A DNA stretch of 64,000 nt. It comes from an uncultured Gemmatimonadales bacterium. GTDB lineage: Bacteria > Gemmatimonadota > Gemmatimonadetes > Gemmatimonadales > GWC2-71-9. This document shows, in pieces, positions 63,452 to 64,000 of this stretch. Under the pieces are notes generated by a model that did no database searches, was not told the DNA's origin, and saw only the letters and a list, made by a program, of their open reading frames with translations. Numbering within the stretch: the stretch's first letter is position 1; every line of letters starts with the position of its first letter. The DNA lies in the NCBI GenBank assembly GCA_963739455.1, contig CAVUAK010000003.1, positions 447,400 through 511,399 of the forward strand. The letters run 5' to 3'. The position numbers were made by a program, and so were the translations under genes.

Positions 63452-64000
63452 ATGACGTCCGGTGCGCTCGTCGAGCAGCGCATCTTCTCTTCGGCGGCCA
63501 GCACGCCGATCGATATCGCAGGTTCGCCCCTCCCGCCACCGCTCCGTCCCGGCAGTTCCCTGGGTGTGCTCGACATCTCGGAGTACGTCGGCGACTTCAC
63601 GGGTGGCGTCCGCACCTACCTCGCCGAGAAGGCGCGCTACGTGTCGCGTCGACCGCACCTCCGGCAGGTGCTGCTGATTCCGGGCGCGCACGACGCCATC
63701 GTGGAGTCGGCGGGCGTTCGCTGCTATCGACTGCGCGGTCCCGGCCATTCCGTTCAATCCGGCGTATCGCTTCATGCTCGCCACGCGGTCGACGAGTCGT
63801 ATCGTGGCGCACGAGCGGCCCGACGTCATCGAGGTGGGCAGTGCGTACTTCGCCCCGTGGTTGATCTTCCGCGCGCGTCGGCGAGTATCAGGCGCCCGGC
63901 GGTCTGGTTCTATCACGCGAACCTGCCTCGCCTCGTGGCGCCCAGGCAGGACCGCGAGTCGGCGCCGCGCCGCGCGTTGGGGAGCGTCGTTGGCTGGTAC
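63452..64000 (+). CDS. Glycosyltransferase family 4 N-terminal domain, truncated by window edge
   Basis: Own translation: VLDISEY..GGVRTYL, HERPDVIEVGS, WFYH. Confidence 0.7.
   Translation, partial: MTSGALVEQRIFSSAASTPIDIAGSPLPPPLRPGSSLGVLDISEYVGDFTGGVRTYLAEKARYVSRRPHLRQVLLIPGAHDAIVESAGVRCYRLRGPGHSVQSGVSLHARHAVDESYRGARAARRHRGGQCVLRPVVDLPRASASIRRPAVWFYHANLPRLVAPRQDRESAPRRALGSVVGWY

Overview
High-GC bacterial chromosome segment. Gene content and motifs suggest Gemmatimonadota (inference). It carries many indel-type frameshifts, densest after ~43 kb, which look like long-read consensus errors. Left to right: M48 peptidase, alkaline-phosphatase-family gene, tRNA-Ala(TGC) followed by a one-gene islet bounded by a degenerate copy of the tRNA 3' end, glutathione peroxidase, a BlaI / M56-HEAT / secreted-HEAT module, a metal-uptake operon lacking an ATPase gene, a TonB-dependent receptor, two MsrB genes, an MsrPQ-like pair, an ECF43-type sigma with its Ser/Thr kinase, an MFS pump, a P1B-5-type ATPase with a DosS-like GAF kinase, regulator and USP, sodA, a peroxiredoxin, a kinase-regulator-kinase trio, tonB-exbB-exbD-exbD-tonB, an amino-acid permease, a peptidoglycan-sugar salvage cluster, PIP synthase + ino1 + divergent H+-PPase + DUF47 + Pit, a second kinase, 2-oxoacid dehydrogenase E1a/E1b/E2, PHP, two SDRs, trxB, an MBL hydrolase and a GT4. 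The best candidate for an undescribed system is 3458-7360. A BlaI-type repressor sits with a BlaR1-like M56 sensor whose outer domain is HEAT repeats and with a separate secreted HEAT protein. Both HEAT proteins end in the same W-P-x-P-Q-P-R-P-R-P-F-P tail, and the same 18-bp palindrome lies in front of both transcription units. No integrase, transposase, CRISPR array or rRNA was seen.
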